From the NCBI GenBank assembly GCA_028692545.1, contig JAQUXC010000001.1:92658-156657 (forward strand): a stretch of 64,000 bases of DNA. The letters run 5' to 3'. Positions 21,585 through 32,007 of the stretch are shown here, piece by piece; the first letter of the stretch is position 1, and each line of letters begins with the position of its first letter. Both the position numbers and the translations under genes were made by a program. Under the pieces are notes generated by a model. That model made no database searches. It saw only the letters and a program-made list of their open reading frames with translations, and was not told the DNA's origin. The stretch is from Patescibacteria group bacterium. Lineage in GTDB: Bacteria > Patescibacteriota > Patescibacteriia > UBA1558 > S5-K13.

Positions 21585-22514
21585 ATGATTAACAGTTTAT
21601 TCATTTTTATAGTCGCTCTGCTAATGGTTATAAAAGGTGCAACAATGGCCACAAAATACTCAGCCAAATTGGCGGAGAGTTTTAATATTTCAAAATATAT
21701 TGTGGGATTTATTATCGTTGCGTTTATTTCAATCCTACCAGAGACATTAATTTCAATTAACTCTGCCATTGGCGGTATTCCTGAATTCGGACTTGGTACA
21801 TTATTTGGCTCAAATATTGCTGATTTATCTTTGATATTTGCAATTCTAATCATATATGCTAGGAGAGGAATAAAAATAGAAAGTAAGGTTTTAAAAAATA
21901 TTCGACTATATCCTTTTTTTCTGCTTTTACCACTATTATTCGGTTTAAATGGGCATTATTCAAGAATTGAAGGTATATTCTTAATTATCGCAGGTATAGT
22001 TTTTTATTATTTGGTATTTAAAAATGGGATTGGTGTATCTGCTAATTTACGAAATGGCAACGGAAAATATAAAAGTCTTCTGTTTTTAATTATCTCGATG
22101 GCTTTACTATTGATTGGCTCGCATTTTACCGTAACTTCAGCTACTGCTCTGGCTCATACTCTAAAAATAACACCTATTCTTATCGGTATGCTTGTTGTAA
22201 GTTTGGGTACGACTATGCCAGAATTATTCTTTTCTTTAAAGGCTGTAAAACGAAAAGATGATGGATTGGCAGTTGGCGATATTCTGGGATCGGTTTTGGC
22301 AGACGCTACTATAGTGGTTGGTATTTTGGCCACAATTAGTCCGTTTTTCTTTCCAGTTAAAATTGTTTATATTACAGGGGTGTTTATGGCGATATCCTCA
22401 TTCATACTGCTTAAGTTTATGAAAACAGGAAAGTTGATCACAAAAAATGAAGGGTATTTACTTTTATCTTTTTGGGTTATTTATGTTATTGTTGAATTTA
22501 TTGTAAACAGGTAA
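21585..22514 (+). CDS. Sodium:calcium antiporter (CaCA/YrbG family)
   Basis: Alpha repeats SILPE...GSNIAD and GTTMPE...GDILGS. Confidence 0.9.
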   Translation: MINSLFIFIVALLMVIKGATMATKYSAKLAESFNISKYIVGFIIVAFISILPETLISINSAIGGIPEFGLGTLFGSNIADLSLIFAILIIYARRGIKIESKVLKNIRLYPFFLLLPLLFGLNGHYSRIEGIFLIIAGIVFYYLVFKNGIGVSANLRNGNGKYKSLLFLIISMALLLIGSHFTVTSATALAHTLKITPILIGMLVVSLGTTMPELFFSLKAVKRKDDGLAVGDILGSVLADATIVVGILATISPFFFPVKIVYITGVFMAISSFILLKFMKTGKLITKNEGYLLLSFWVIYVIVEFIVNR

Positions 22515-22642
22515 AATCAATGGATGCGTCCTAAAATTCCGCCAAAAAAATCGTCCCAACGAAAAATGTGTTAAATGAAATAAATACCTTCCAAGAATAT
22601 TTACATGGAGGCGCTGAAAAAAATTGAGAAAAATAATCTATT

Positions 22643-23857
22643 ATGATCTTTAAGTATTTAATAAAAAATAAAAAGATTTTATTACCTATCCTCGCTATAG
22701 TCTCTTTGATTGCAGGTATTTTTCTATCTTTATATTCTTCGGTCATTTTCCAAGAAGGTAATCCTTGGCCACAGATTAAAGGTATGGTTCAATTAAAATT
22801 TGACGATAGTGATATTGTGAAGTTGTCGGGTTCAGACAATAGATTTATGACTGAAAGTAAAAATGGGACCATGATACATGATTTTATGAAAACCAAAGGA
22901 TACGAATTCACCGAGCAAATGGGTTCAGGTTATTTTTTTAAGTCTACAACAGGACAAACCGCCATTGCCACTCACAGATATTACAGTCGTTATTATTCGC
23001 TTTGGACTATTACTGAAGATAACAATGATTCCAATAATAATCTGTGGACTACAATTACTAATGATCGAGGTGTTACGTTTCAATATCCAAAAGAACTGTT
23101 GGCAAAATATGTGAGCGTTGTGGAATGGCCTCCGGTTATTGCTATTGAAACCAGTGCATATTCATGTAAAAACACACCACAGGAAGTAAGCAGTATGTCG
23201 GATATCACTTCGGAGAGGATGGTTGATAATAGAACTTATTGCTTAAATGTTAAGAATGAGGGTGCGGCAGGCAGTGTTTATTCTTCATACGTTTATACCA
23301 CTGTTAGGGGTGGTAAACTCGTAAAAGTTAGCTTTACTCTGCGATATCCTAATTGTAATAATTATGATGAAGAACAAAGTAAAGCTTGTGCCAGCGAGCG
23401 AGAGGCTTTCGATGTTGATTCCACTGTTGACAGGATAGTTCAAACAATCGAATTGGATTTATTGCAAAACGAAAGTCTGTCGGATCAAATTAGAAAATGC
23501 ATAGTCATGAGCGATACAGCCAGTCATGAAAAATGTAACCAATTGTTAAAGCAGATAACTGATTATAATTCCTGTGTTAGAGCTGGCTTTTCGATTATGA
23601 AATCTAGTCCCCCACAGTGTGCTACTCTTGATGGTAGAAACTTTACGGATGAAACTAATAGTGACTGGAATATAGTCTTAGCGGCCCTTAAAAACTGTGA
23701 GGTGGAAAGAGTATTTCAAACACACAGTAAACTAGTAATTCTAAAACTTAAAAACGGCGATAAAGTTTCTGCTTATGAACCTCAAATTGATGATGTTATG
23801 AAAGTGGTTGAAAGTTTAAATGGTAAGTGTGGCAATATTATAATGGCGACTGAATAA
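22643..23857 (+). CDS. Hypothetical membrane-anchored cysteine-containing protein
   Basis: N-terminal TM; 404-aa ORF. Confidence 0.7.
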   Translation: MIFKYLIKNKKILLPILAIVSLIAGIFLSLYSSVIFQEGNPWPQIKGMVQLKFDDSDIVKLSGSDNRFMTESKNGTMIHDFMKTKGYEFTEQMGSGYFFKSTTGQTAIATHRYYSRYYSLWTITEDNNDSNNNLWTTITNDRGVTFQYPKELLAKYVSVVEWPPVIAIETSAYSCKNTPQEVSSMSDITSERMVDNRTYCLNVKNEGAAGSVYSSYVYTTVRGGKLVKVSFTLRYPNCNNYDEEQSKACASEREAFDVDSTVDRIVQTIELDLLQNESLSDQIRKCIVMSDTASHEKCNQLLKQITDYNSCVRAGFSIMKSSPPQCATLDGRNFTDETNSDWNIVLAALKNCEVERVFQTHSKLVILKLKNGDKVSAYEPQIDDVMKVVESLNGKCGNIIMATE

Positions 23858-23894
23858 TATAGAATAATTTTATTAATAATTTTATAATAAATAT

Positions 23895-24074
23895 ATGATG
23901 GAAATAATTGATTCAAACACAAGATTTTATATTGATATTGATATTAAGGCCAAAAAAATTTTAAACTGGAATTATGGTCAGAGAGAAAAGTTGGAACAAG
24001 AATTAGCAAATTCAAATCATCGTAGAATTTTTATAACCAAAGGTCAATATAATAAATTGGACAAAGAAAAATAA
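23895..24074 (+). CDS. Small hypothetical protein (59 aa, not in ORF track)
   Basis: MMEIIDSNTRFYIDID...KEK*; ends 1 bp before the next ATG. Confidence 0.55.
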   Translation: MMEIIDSNTRFYIDIDIKAKKILNWNYGQREKLEQELANSNHRRIFITKGQYNKLDKEK

Positions 24075-24075
24075 T

Positions 24076-24474
24076 ATGAAATCAAATTTAATTGCTCCTT
24101 GCGGTATGAACTGTACTTTATGTATAGCATATTTGCGAGAAAAAAATCACTGCCCAGGATGTAGAGGCAATGCTATTGGATCTTGCCAAAAATGTATTAT
24201 AAAAAATTGTAGTATTCTAAAAGGAAATAAATGGTTATTTTGCTCTGACAAGTGCGAAAAATATCCGTGTAAAAGATTGAAAGATTTAGACAAAAGATAT
24301 AAAACAAAATATGCCATGAGTATGATTGACAACTTAAAATTCATAAAGAATAACGGCATCATGATGTTTTTCAAAAAAGAAAAAGAAAAATGGACGTGTA
24401 AAAAATGTAACGGAACTATATGTGTTCATAGAGGATTTTGTTTAAATTGTGGTAATAAAAATTTAAACGTTTAG
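24076..24474 (+). CDS. DUF3795-like cysteine-rich protein
   Basis: IAPCGMNC..C, CPGCR, WTCKKC..ICVH..C..C. Confidence 0.8.
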   Translation: MKSNLIAPCGMNCTLCIAYLREKNHCPGCRGNAIGSCQKCIIKNCSILKGNKWLFCSDKCEKYPCKRLKDLDKRYKTKYAMSMIDNLKFIKNNGIMMFFKKEKEKWTCKKCNGTICVHRGFCLNCGNKNLNV

Positions 24475-24608
24475 TTTCAATATGGATGAAAAATAAAAAT
24501 TTTTTCAAAAAGAGATTACTTTTGCTATTTGAAAAATATTTTTTAAAATCCTAAAAATTTGGTTGAGGTGTAATTGTTTTAACTGATGGTAAATTTTATA
24601 TTGTATCT

Positions 24609-24794
24609 ATGAAAAGCAGAGTACATTTTGGTTTTTCTGTTATTGTCTTAGATAAGGAAGATATTAAATTTTTGGATGGAGGCAGTAAAATAATGAAACA
24701 TATTAAAATATTGGATTTGAAAAGTATTGATGAGGTAAAATTGAAAAAAACAATAGGGATAGTTTATAAAAAAGTTAAATATGTTGGTTGTTAA
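24609..24794 (+). pseudogene. Probable DUF1801-like gene remnant
   Basis: VHFGF...LDGGSKIMKHIKI resembles a DUF1801 C-terminal half; the upstream frame is broken. Confidence 0.4.
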
Positions 24795-24970
24795 AAAAGG
24801 TTTAATTTAAATGATGAATAATTTGTGGATGTTGATTTTTATTTTTAATTACTTACTATGTTGAAAAAGAAGATTGAGGTTAGAAATTGGTGTTTGCACA
24901 AGATAAATAAGTACGGAAATAATAATTTAGCATGTTTTAAATGACTAATATTAGAAAAATATTGCACATT

Positions 24971-24997
24971 AAAAAACAACTCATAAAGTTGTTTTTT
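24971..24997. terminator. Bidirectional terminator downstream of rel
   Basis: AAAAAACAACT-CATAA-AGTTGTTTTTT. Confidence 0.65.
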
Positions 24998-25020
24998 GTT
25001 TTTTTATAAATAAATTGAAA

Positions 25021-26535
25021 TTATTGTCTTTTGTTTTTTATATATTTTAGAGTCTTACTTATGATTTTATATTTTGAATATTTTTCTGATTCGGATAATT
25101 TGTTTCTTATTCTTTGTCTTGCCATATTTGTTTTTGTAAAATTTAGCCAATCTGGATTTGGAAGTTTTCTATTTTTATCAATTATAATTTCTACCATATC
25201 ACCATTTTTTAATTCTGTGTCCAATTTTGACATTTTGTTGTTGATTTTCACTCCTACACATTTGTTTCCTATATCTGTATGTATATGATAGGCAAAATCT
25301 ACTGGAGTTGATTGTTCTGGTAATTCTATAACATCATTTTTTGGTGTAAAAATAAATATTTTTGATTTAAATATGTCTGTATTTATTTTTATAGATCTCA
25401 AATAATCTTTGTTATTTTTTATTTTTTCTTGCCATTTTACTAATTCCTTTATCCATTTTATTTTTTTTTGATCTACTTTTATATTTAAGGCATTTTTATA
25501 TCTCCAATGTGCAGCTATACCAAATTCTGCTTCTATTTCCATATCTTGCGTTCTTATTTGTATTTCAACAGGATTATTGTCTTCATTAAAAATAGTTGTA
25601 TGAAGTGATTGATATTTGTTTGGTTTTGGTTGTGATATATAATCTTTTACTCTGCCATTTAGAGCATGCCAATTATTGTGAATTAATCCTAAAATAGTAT
25701 AGCAATCATTTGAGTTTTTTGTTATCACTCTTATGGCTATTAAGTCATATATTTTTTGAATTTCTCTATCCTTTCTAAGGAGTTTTTGATATAGGGAGTA
25801 TAATTTTTTCTTACGGCCATAAACATTCATAAATTCTATATTGTTTTTTTTGAGAAGATTTATTAGTACATTTTTTGTTTTTTCTAATGATTCTGCTCTT
25901 TCTTCTATATGCGATTTGAGTTGTTTTTTTGTCCAGTTATATTCTTTTGGGTATACATATTTAAAAGATAAATCTTCTATTTGTTCTTTTATTTTGTACA
26001 TACCAAGTCTTGCAGCTATTGGAGCATATATTTCTAATGATTCTAATGCTATTCTATATCTTTTTTCTTTATTTGGATGATATTTTAATGTTTTTAAATT
26101 ATGGATTCTATCAGCAAATTTTATTATTATAACTCTTACATCTTTTGATGTAGCTATAAACATTTTTCTTAAATTTTCAGCATATCTTTCTACTCCTCTA
26201 TATTTAATTTGACCTATTTTTGTAACACCTGATACGAGATGTGCTATATTTGATCCAAATTCTTCTTTTATGTTATCTATAGAAAATTCTGTTTCTTCTG
26301 GTATATCATGTAATAATCCGGCAACTATTGTTTCTGTATCCATTCCCATTTTTGCCAGTGTGTGAGCAGTTTCTAGCGGATGATTTATATATTCTTCACC
26401 ACTTAGTCTTTTTTGATTTTGGTGAGCAACGGCTGCAAATTCCCAAGCTTTAACAATAAGATCTATGTCTATTTCATTTTTTTCATTTTTATTTTTTTCT
26501 TTGATTGTTTTTAGTATATCGTCTATTGTTGTCAT
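25021..26535 (-). CDS. rel: RelA/SpoT (p)ppGpp synthetase/hydrolase, lacking the C-terminal ACT region
   Basis: HQNQKRLSGEEY, LLHD, KFADRIHN, YQSLHT, EIQIRT, TGS domain. Confidence 0.92.
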   Translation of the reverse strand: MTTIDDILKTIKEKNKNEKNEIDIDLIVKAWEFAAVAHQNQKRLSGEEYINHPLETAHTLAKMGMDTETIVAGLLHDIPEETEFSIDNIKEEFGSNIAHLVSGVTKIGQIKYRGVERYAENLRKMFIATSKDVRVIIIKFADRIHNLKTLKYHPNKEKRYRIALESLEIYAPIAARLGMYKIKEQIEDLSFKYVYPKEYNWTKKQLKSHIEERAESLEKTKNVLINLLKKNNIEFMNVYGRKKKLYSLYQKLLRKDREIQKIYDLIAIRVITKNSNDCYTILGLIHNNWHALNGRVKDYISQPKPNKYQSLHTTIFNEDNNPVEIQIRTQDMEIEAEFGIAAHWRYKNALNIKVDQKKIKWIKELVKWQEKIKNNKDYLRSIKINTDIFKSKIFIFTPKNDVIELPEQSTPVDFAYHIHTDIGNKCVGVKINNKMSKLDTELKNGDMVEIIIDKNRKLPNPDWLNFTKTNMARQRIRNKLSESEKYSKYKIISKTLKYIKNKRQ

Positions 26536-26608
26536 ATATTTATTATAGACATGTATTTTCTAATTTGTAATTGCCTACAAAAATTCCGCTGAACGCGGAT
26601 TTTTTGTT

Positions 26609-28651
26609 TTATATTTTACTTTTGCATTTTGAATTCGAGCATTGTATTTTACCCTTTGGGGTTTCTATCATTGCCTCGTTGCATTCTGGACATAATTCTC
26701 CTGTTGGTTTTTGCCATGTTGCAAACTTGCATTCTGGAAATTTGTTACAACCATAAAATATTTTTCCACGTTTTGTTTTTCTTATTATTATATTTCCATC
26801 TTTGCATTTTGGACATTTTATTCCAAGATCGGACGTAATTGCTTTTGTATTTCTGCATTCTGGAAACCCAGAACATGCCAAAAATTTTCCAAATCTTCCA
26901 AGTTTTATTATCATAGGTTTTCCGCATTTTTCACATACCTCGTCTGTCTTTTCATCTGTGTCTATTTTTTCTACAGTTTTATATTTCTCTTCTAAATTTT
27001 TTATAAAAGGATTGTAAAATTCTAGCAGAAATGGTCGCCATTCTTTTTTTCCTATAGCTATTTCATCTAATCCTTCTTCTAGATTTGCTGTAAATTGATA
27101 ATCTATTATTTCAGAGAAATAGTCTATGAGTGTTTTATTTATAAGATTTCCTAATTGAGTAGGAGATAGTTTTCTACCTTCTTTTATTATATATTTTCTA
27201 AATATTATATTTGATATTGTTGGAGCATATGTAGATGGTCTTCCTATTCCAAGTTCTTCCATTTTTTTGATTAATGATGCTTCATTGTATTGAGCTGGAG
27301 CTTCTGTGAAATGTTGTTCTGGTTTTATTTCAATAAGTTTTAAATTTTCGTTTGTTTTCATTTCTGGAAGTATATTTTCTTCTATTTTTGATGTGTATAC
27401 TTTCAGGAATCCATCAAATTTTATAACATTACCAGAACTTGTAAATGTATAATTTTTTTTATCATCTTCTATGATAATTTTTGTCTTTTCAATTATTGCA
27501 CTTTGCATTTGGGATGCCAATGTTCTTTCCCATATAAGTCTGTATAGTTTGTATTGTTTTGGATTTAGAAATTTTTCTATATTTTCAGGTTTGTTGTTTA
27601 TGTCTGTAGGTCTTATTGCTTCATGTGCTTCTTGAGCATTCTTTGATTTTGTTTTGAATCTTTTTAATCTTGAATATTTTTCTCCAAAGTTTTTTGTTAT
27701 AAAATTTTTTGTAGAATTCAAGAATTGTTCTGATAAATTTAGCGAATCAGTTCTCATATAAGTTATAAGTCCTGTGCCTTCTGATTCTATATCAATACCT
27801 TCATATAGTTGTTGAGCTAGCATCATTGTTTGTTTGGATGAAAATCCAAGTTTTTGGTTTGCTACTTGTTGTAAGGTTGAAGTTGTAAAAGGTATTGGTG
27901 AACTTTTTTGTCCATCTTTTACTTCTATATTAGTTATTTTGTATGTATATTTTTTTGCATCTTTTGCAATATCATTTGCATTCTGTTCTTTTTGGATTCC
28001 TAATTTTTCTATCTTTTTGTTTTTTATTTTTTCAAGTTTAGAATTTATTATTATCTTTTTTTCATTTTCAAAATCAGCATCTATAGTCCAATATTCATCT
28101 GTTTTGAATTTATTTATTTCTTCTTCTTTTTCACATATAAGTCGTAGTGCAACGGACTGAACTCTACCTGCAGATAATCCTTTTGCTATTTTTTTCCATA
28201 AAAAAGGAGATAATTTATAACCCACTAATCTATCTAAGATTCTTCTTGTTTGTTGTGCATCTACCAAATTCACATCTATTTCTCTTGGACTTTCAAGTGA
28301 TTTTAGAATGGCTTGTTTTGTAATTTCATGAAATGAAATTCTTTGGTAATTTTTTGGTTTTAAAATATAATTTAAATGCCACGATATTGCTTCTCCTTCA
28401 CGATCCTCATCAGTAGCAAAATATACTATTTCAGATTTTTTTGCTAATTCTTTTAATCTATTTACATTTTTTTTTGCTTTTGTAGGAATTACATATTGTG
28501 GTTCGAAATTTTTTTCTATATCAACACCTAATTTTGTCTTTGGTAAATCTCTTACATGTCCAAAAGATGACTCTACCATATATGACTTGTCTAAAAATTT
28601 TTGGATTATTTTTGCTTTTGTAGGGGATTCTACTATTACTAATTTTTTCAT
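26609..28651 (-). CDS. topA: DNA topoisomerase I
   Basis: LVIVESPTK, ATDEDREGE, SAGRVQS, ITYMRTDS, C-terminal zinc ribbons. Confidence 0.97.
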   Translation of the reverse strand: MKKLVIVESPTKAKIIQKFLDKSYMVESSFGHVRDLPKTKLGVDIEKNFEPQYVIPTKAKKNVNRLKELAKKSEIVYFATDEDREGEAISWHLNYILKPKNYQRISFHEITKQAILKSLESPREIDVNLVDAQQTRRILDRLVGYKLSPFLWKKIAKGLSAGRVQSVALRLICEKEEEINKFKTDEYWTIDADFENEKKIIINSKLEKIKNKKIEKLGIQKEQNANDIAKDAKKYTYKITNIEVKDGQKSSPIPFTTSTLQQVANQKLGFSSKQTMMLAQQLYEGIDIESEGTGLITYMRTDSLNLSEQFLNSTKNFITKNFGEKYSRLKRFKTKSKNAQEAHEAIRPTDINNKPENIEKFLNPKQYKLYRLIWERTLASQMQSAIIEKTKIIIEDDKKNYTFTSSGNVIKFDGFLKVYTSKIEENILPEMKTNENLKLIEIKPEQHFTEAPAQYNEASLIKKMEELGIGRPSTYAPTISNIIFRKYIIKEGRKLSPTQLGNLINKTLIDYFSEIIDYQFTANLEEGLDEIAIGKKEWRPFLLEFYNPFIKNLEEKYKTVEKIDTDEKTDEVCEKCGKPMIIKLGRFGKFLACSGFPECRNTKAITSDLGIKCPKCKDGNIIIRKTKRGKIFYGCNKFPECKFATWQKPTGELCPECNEAMIETPKGKIQCSNSKCKSKI

Positions 28652-28763
28652 ATAATTTAGTTATAAAGTTATAAAGTACCAAGTTATAAGATTTTTAAAA
28701 CTTTATAACTTATTACTCTCAACTATTTTTTCATATATCATTGTAAGTTTCTCCATTAATTCC

Positions 28764-30044
28764 CTAAAAGCTTTTTCTATTTCTTAATATATATTCTTCA
28801 TCAATCCATTTTTCTCTTAATTTTCCAGATAAGTACATAGAACCAGTTATGAGAAGACAATCATGTACTCCTGTTTCAGATATTGCATAACTTAGTGCTT
28901 GCCATGGATCTAGAAAATAATTTGTCTTTGCTTTTACCTTTAATTTTTTTATAATATCTTGAAAATTACCAAGTGGAACGGTTCTTCTATTTCCCGGAAT
29001 TTCAAGTGCTCTTGTAAATATTATATGATCTGCAAGATGAACTATTTCTTTTATTGATTCTTCTGTATTTTTTCCAGCAGTCATACTGAAAAGCAAAATC
29101 AACTTTTTGTATTTTGTACCCTTTATTTGTTCTGCAGTTTTTCTAAGTTTTATTCTGTTGTGAGCTCCGTCTATTATTATTTTTGGAACTTCTTGTATTG
29201 TTTCAAATCTACAAGGTAGTTTTATGTTTAATAAACTTTTTTCTATTATAGAATCTTTTATATTTAATATTTTACCAACCTCTTTTGCTATAATATTGTT
29301 TTTGTCACCCTCTTTATATTTTAGGCTTATATATTTTGCATTTTCTTTTTCACATTTTTTTTCGAAGAGCTTCAATAGACTAGGTCTTTGTTCTGTTGTT
29401 ATGAAAGTAGATTTATTTTTTATAATTTCCATTTTATCACTTGCGATGTGTTTTAGTGTAGGACCAAGAACATCTTGATGATCATAATCTATATTTGTAA
29501 TAACAGCCATTTTTGTATCTTTTATAACATTTGTTGCATCATATTTTCCACCCAACAGTGCTTCTAGAACAACCCAATCGCATTTAATGTTTGCAAAATG
29601 TATAAATGCTATTGTAAGAGAAACTTCGTAGTATGAGGGTGTACCATAAGGACTATATAACGCGCATTCTGTAATTGGTTTTTTTAGACTTTCTACTATA
29701 TTTGCAAAAGTGTTTGGGGATATATATTTATTTCCAACTATTATACGCTCTATGTGCGTTGTTGTATGTGGAGAATAATAAGATCCAACTTTATATCCAG
29801 CTGCTTTTAATACGTTGTGTATTGCCCAAGTTGTACTACCTTTTCCTGCTGTTCCTGTTATATGTATATATTTTGATTTATCTTGAGGATTACCTATCAA
29901 TTTTAGTAAATACTTCATTCTATCAATATAAAAAGATCTATCATATTTACTTTTTCCGACTTTGTAATTTAGGTAGTTTTTTCCAGGTATATTATTTAAA
30001 GATTCTAGAAATTTGATTGCCCTTTGATACTTTGTTAAAACCAT
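28764..30044 (-). CDS. folC: FolC-like folylpolyglutamate synthase (Mur ligase family)
   Basis: HITGTAGKGST, LGGKYDATN, DGAHN, TGSMY. Confidence 0.85.
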   Translation of the reverse strand: MVLTKYQRAIKFLESLNNIPGKNYLNYKVGKSKYDRSFYIDRMKYLLKLIGNPQDKSKYIHITGTAGKGSTTWAIHNVLKAAGYKVGSYYSPHTTTHIERIIVGNKYISPNTFANIVESLKKPITECALYSPYGTPSYYEVSLTIAFIHFANIKCDWVVLEALLGGKYDATNVIKDTKMAVITNIDYDHQDVLGPTLKHIASDKMEIIKNKSTFITTEQRPSLLKLFEKKCEKENAKYISLKYKEGDKNNIIAKEVGKILNIKDSIIEKSLLNIKLPCRFETIQEVPKIIIDGAHNRIKLRKTAEQIKGTKYKKLILLFSMTAGKNTEESIKEIVHLADHIIFTRALEIPGNRRTVPLGNFQDIIKKLKVKAKTNYFLDPWQALSYAISETGVHDCLLITGSMYLSGKLREKWIDEEYILRNRKSF

Positions 30045-30088
30045 ACTTTTAAGTTATTGTGTTTATTTTTAAATAAAATAAAAAGCCG

Positions 30089-31192
30089 TTATTTTTTTAT
30101 TTGATAGATTTGCCCCCCAGTGTTATTAATTAATTTAGAAATCTCCATCTGAGTCAAATTTGATATAACGACATTAGCCTTTAGTGTACTATATTCTATG
30201 ATTTTGTCAATGTGGCATGGACCATTCAAAAGAATTTTGTAGATTATTTTTTGTTGTTCATTTTCAAAATTTATAAAATCAATATTCTCCTTTATCATTA
30301 TAGTCTTTTTGCCGTATATCTCCAATATATCCTCTACTTTTTCTATTATTTTTGCACCTTGTTTTATAAGCCTTATGTTTCCTTTTACATAATTATCAAA
30401 TATAGATCCAGTAACTGTGAGTATTTCTCTATTTTCATTTATAGCAAATTCAGAAGTTATTAGAGCTCCAGATTTTTCTCCTGCCTCTACTACAAAAGTA
30501 GCTTGAGATAATCCAGCAATTATCCTATTTCTTCTTGCAAAGTTTTCTTTTACAAAAGGAGTGTTTATAGGCATTTCAGATATTATAAGTCCATTTTTGA
30601 GTATTTTCTGCGCAAGATTGTAATTGCAATTTGGATATATTTTATCTATTGGTGTGCCTAAAACAGCAATCGTAGATCCAGATGTATCCAGTGATTCAAT
30701 ATGTGCAAGTGAATCAATACCAATTGCAAGTCCTGACACTATTGTAATGTTTTGTTCTGCAACTGGACGGACAAAATTTTGCACAACAGATTTTCCATAT
30801 TGAGTATTTCTTCTTGTACCTACTACACTTAAGAAGTTTTTATGTTGGAGTAAATTTATATTTCCTCTTGCAAATATTACAAGTGGAGGAGAGTATGTTT
30901 GTTTTAATAAATATGGATATTCATTATCAAAAAATGTAATAATTTTTATATTTTGATTTTTGTATAAATTCCATGTTTTTTCTACATTTATTTTATCTCG
31001 TTCTTGTATGAAACAATTTGTTAAATTTTCTGGGAAATTTATTTTTTTGAAATCTGAATAATTCAAATTCCAAATTTTTTCCCAATCCCCAAATTCTTCA
31101 TATAATTTTGTAATTCTACAAAATCCTAAATTGGGTATCAAAAAAAGGCCAAGAATTATTTTTCGATGCGCTTCTTCAAAATTGCTTTTCAT
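30089..31192 (-). CDS. dprA: DNA-processing protein DprA
   Basis: VVGTR, VSGLAIGID, RNRIIAGLS, VEAGEKSGALIT. Confidence 0.95.
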   Translation of the reverse strand: MKSNFEEAHRKIILGLFLIPNLGFCRITKLYEEFGDWEKIWNLNYSDFKKINFPENLTNCFIQERDKINVEKTWNLYKNQNIKIITFFDNEYPYLLKQTYSPPLVIFARGNINLLQHKNFLSVVGTRRNTQYGKSVVQNFVRPVAEQNITIVSGLAIGIDSLAHIESLDTSGSTIAVLGTPIDKIYPNCNYNLAQKILKNGLIISEMPINTPFVKENFARRNRIIAGLSQATFVVEAGEKSGALITSEFAINENREILTVTGSIFDNYVKGNIRLIKQGAKIIEKVEDILEIYGKKTIMIKENIDFINFENEQQKIIYKILLNGPCHIDKIIEYSTLKANVVISNLTQMEISKLINNTGGQIYQIKK

Positions 31193-31315
31193 ACATTTTG
31201 ATTATTTCTTTATTTGATATTATATTTTTTTTAAATTTTTGTAAATAGGCAAAACTTGGATATTAATTATTGTAGAGTTAATAGTGTTACCTATTAGTAT
31301 TAATTATACAATTAC

Positions 31316-31344
31316 TTGACAATACTTGTTTAATTTGCTATACT
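31316..31344 (+). promoter_or_regulatory. Sigma70 promoter
   Basis: TTGACA-17-TATACT with extended -10 TG. Confidence 0.75.
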
Positions 31345-31350
31345 TCCATT

Positions 31351-31528
31351 TAGTTTTAACAATTTATATTTAGATTTCTGCTTGTTGGTAGTTCTTGATA
31401 ACACCCCTCCTTGTTGTCTTGAGCGCAAGTTAGATAGTTTTCTTTGCTTCGGCTTATGAAGATTGTTTACACCAGCGAGCAGTAATGTGCATATAAATAG
31501 CAAGTCTTTCTAGGGCTTGTTTTTTTTG
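31351..31528 (+). ncRNA. Candidate ~180-nt structured RNA or leader, family unassigned
   Basis: Lies between the promoter and a hairpin+T-run (31501-31528); long-range stem 31378-31389/31471-31482. Confidence 0.4.
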
Positions 31529-31575
31529 TATAAAATGTGTTATTGTTTAAAATTAAAAAAGAATACATTGGAGGA

Positions 31576-32007
31576 ATGATGCAAGTAACATCAGAAAATA
31601 TTTTAGTGATTATAAGGAGTACATTGGACAAAAGTGCAAGAAGTATGAATCAAGTGATAACTGCAAAAATATTAGAGTTGGGTTCAATGACTCAAAAGCA
31701 AGCAGAAGTATTTTGCAGTATTTTGAAAGGATCTTTCAAAGATTCTCTTGGGGATTTTGTAAAGGTGTATTCCCATTTTGTTGAATGTGGGAATTTTATC
31801 ATGATTAAGGGCAGTAGAATTGTTGGTCACAACGAGTCAGTTGCTAAGGTCTATAGAAGAATTGCTAAACTTCTCTTAGCGACAGCATCTGATGAAGAAA
31901 TTTTATCATATGCTAAGAATGTTAAACGTTTTAAAAAGGATCTAACTTCCGAAAGAGATAAGCTCCAACCAAAATTTAGAAAAAAACAAAAAGGAGATAA
32001 AAAATGA
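31576..32007 (+). CDS. Hypothetical protein (start moved to ATG after GGAGGA)
   Basis: SD at 31570-31575; overlaps the next gene (ATGA). Confidence 0.65.
   Translation: MMQVTSENILVIIRSTLDKSARSMNQVITAKILELGSMTQKQAEVFCSILKGSFKDSLGDFVKVYSHFVECGNFIMIKGSRIVGHNESVAKVYRRIAKLLLATASDEEILSYAKNVKRFKKDLTSERDKLQPKFRKKQKGDKK

Noticed and set aside
31351-31528. 6S RNA or SRP RNA call
   Set aside because: Length fits 6S, but the interior looks multi-branched and I could not find SRP helix-8 motifs; left unassigned pending an Rfam search
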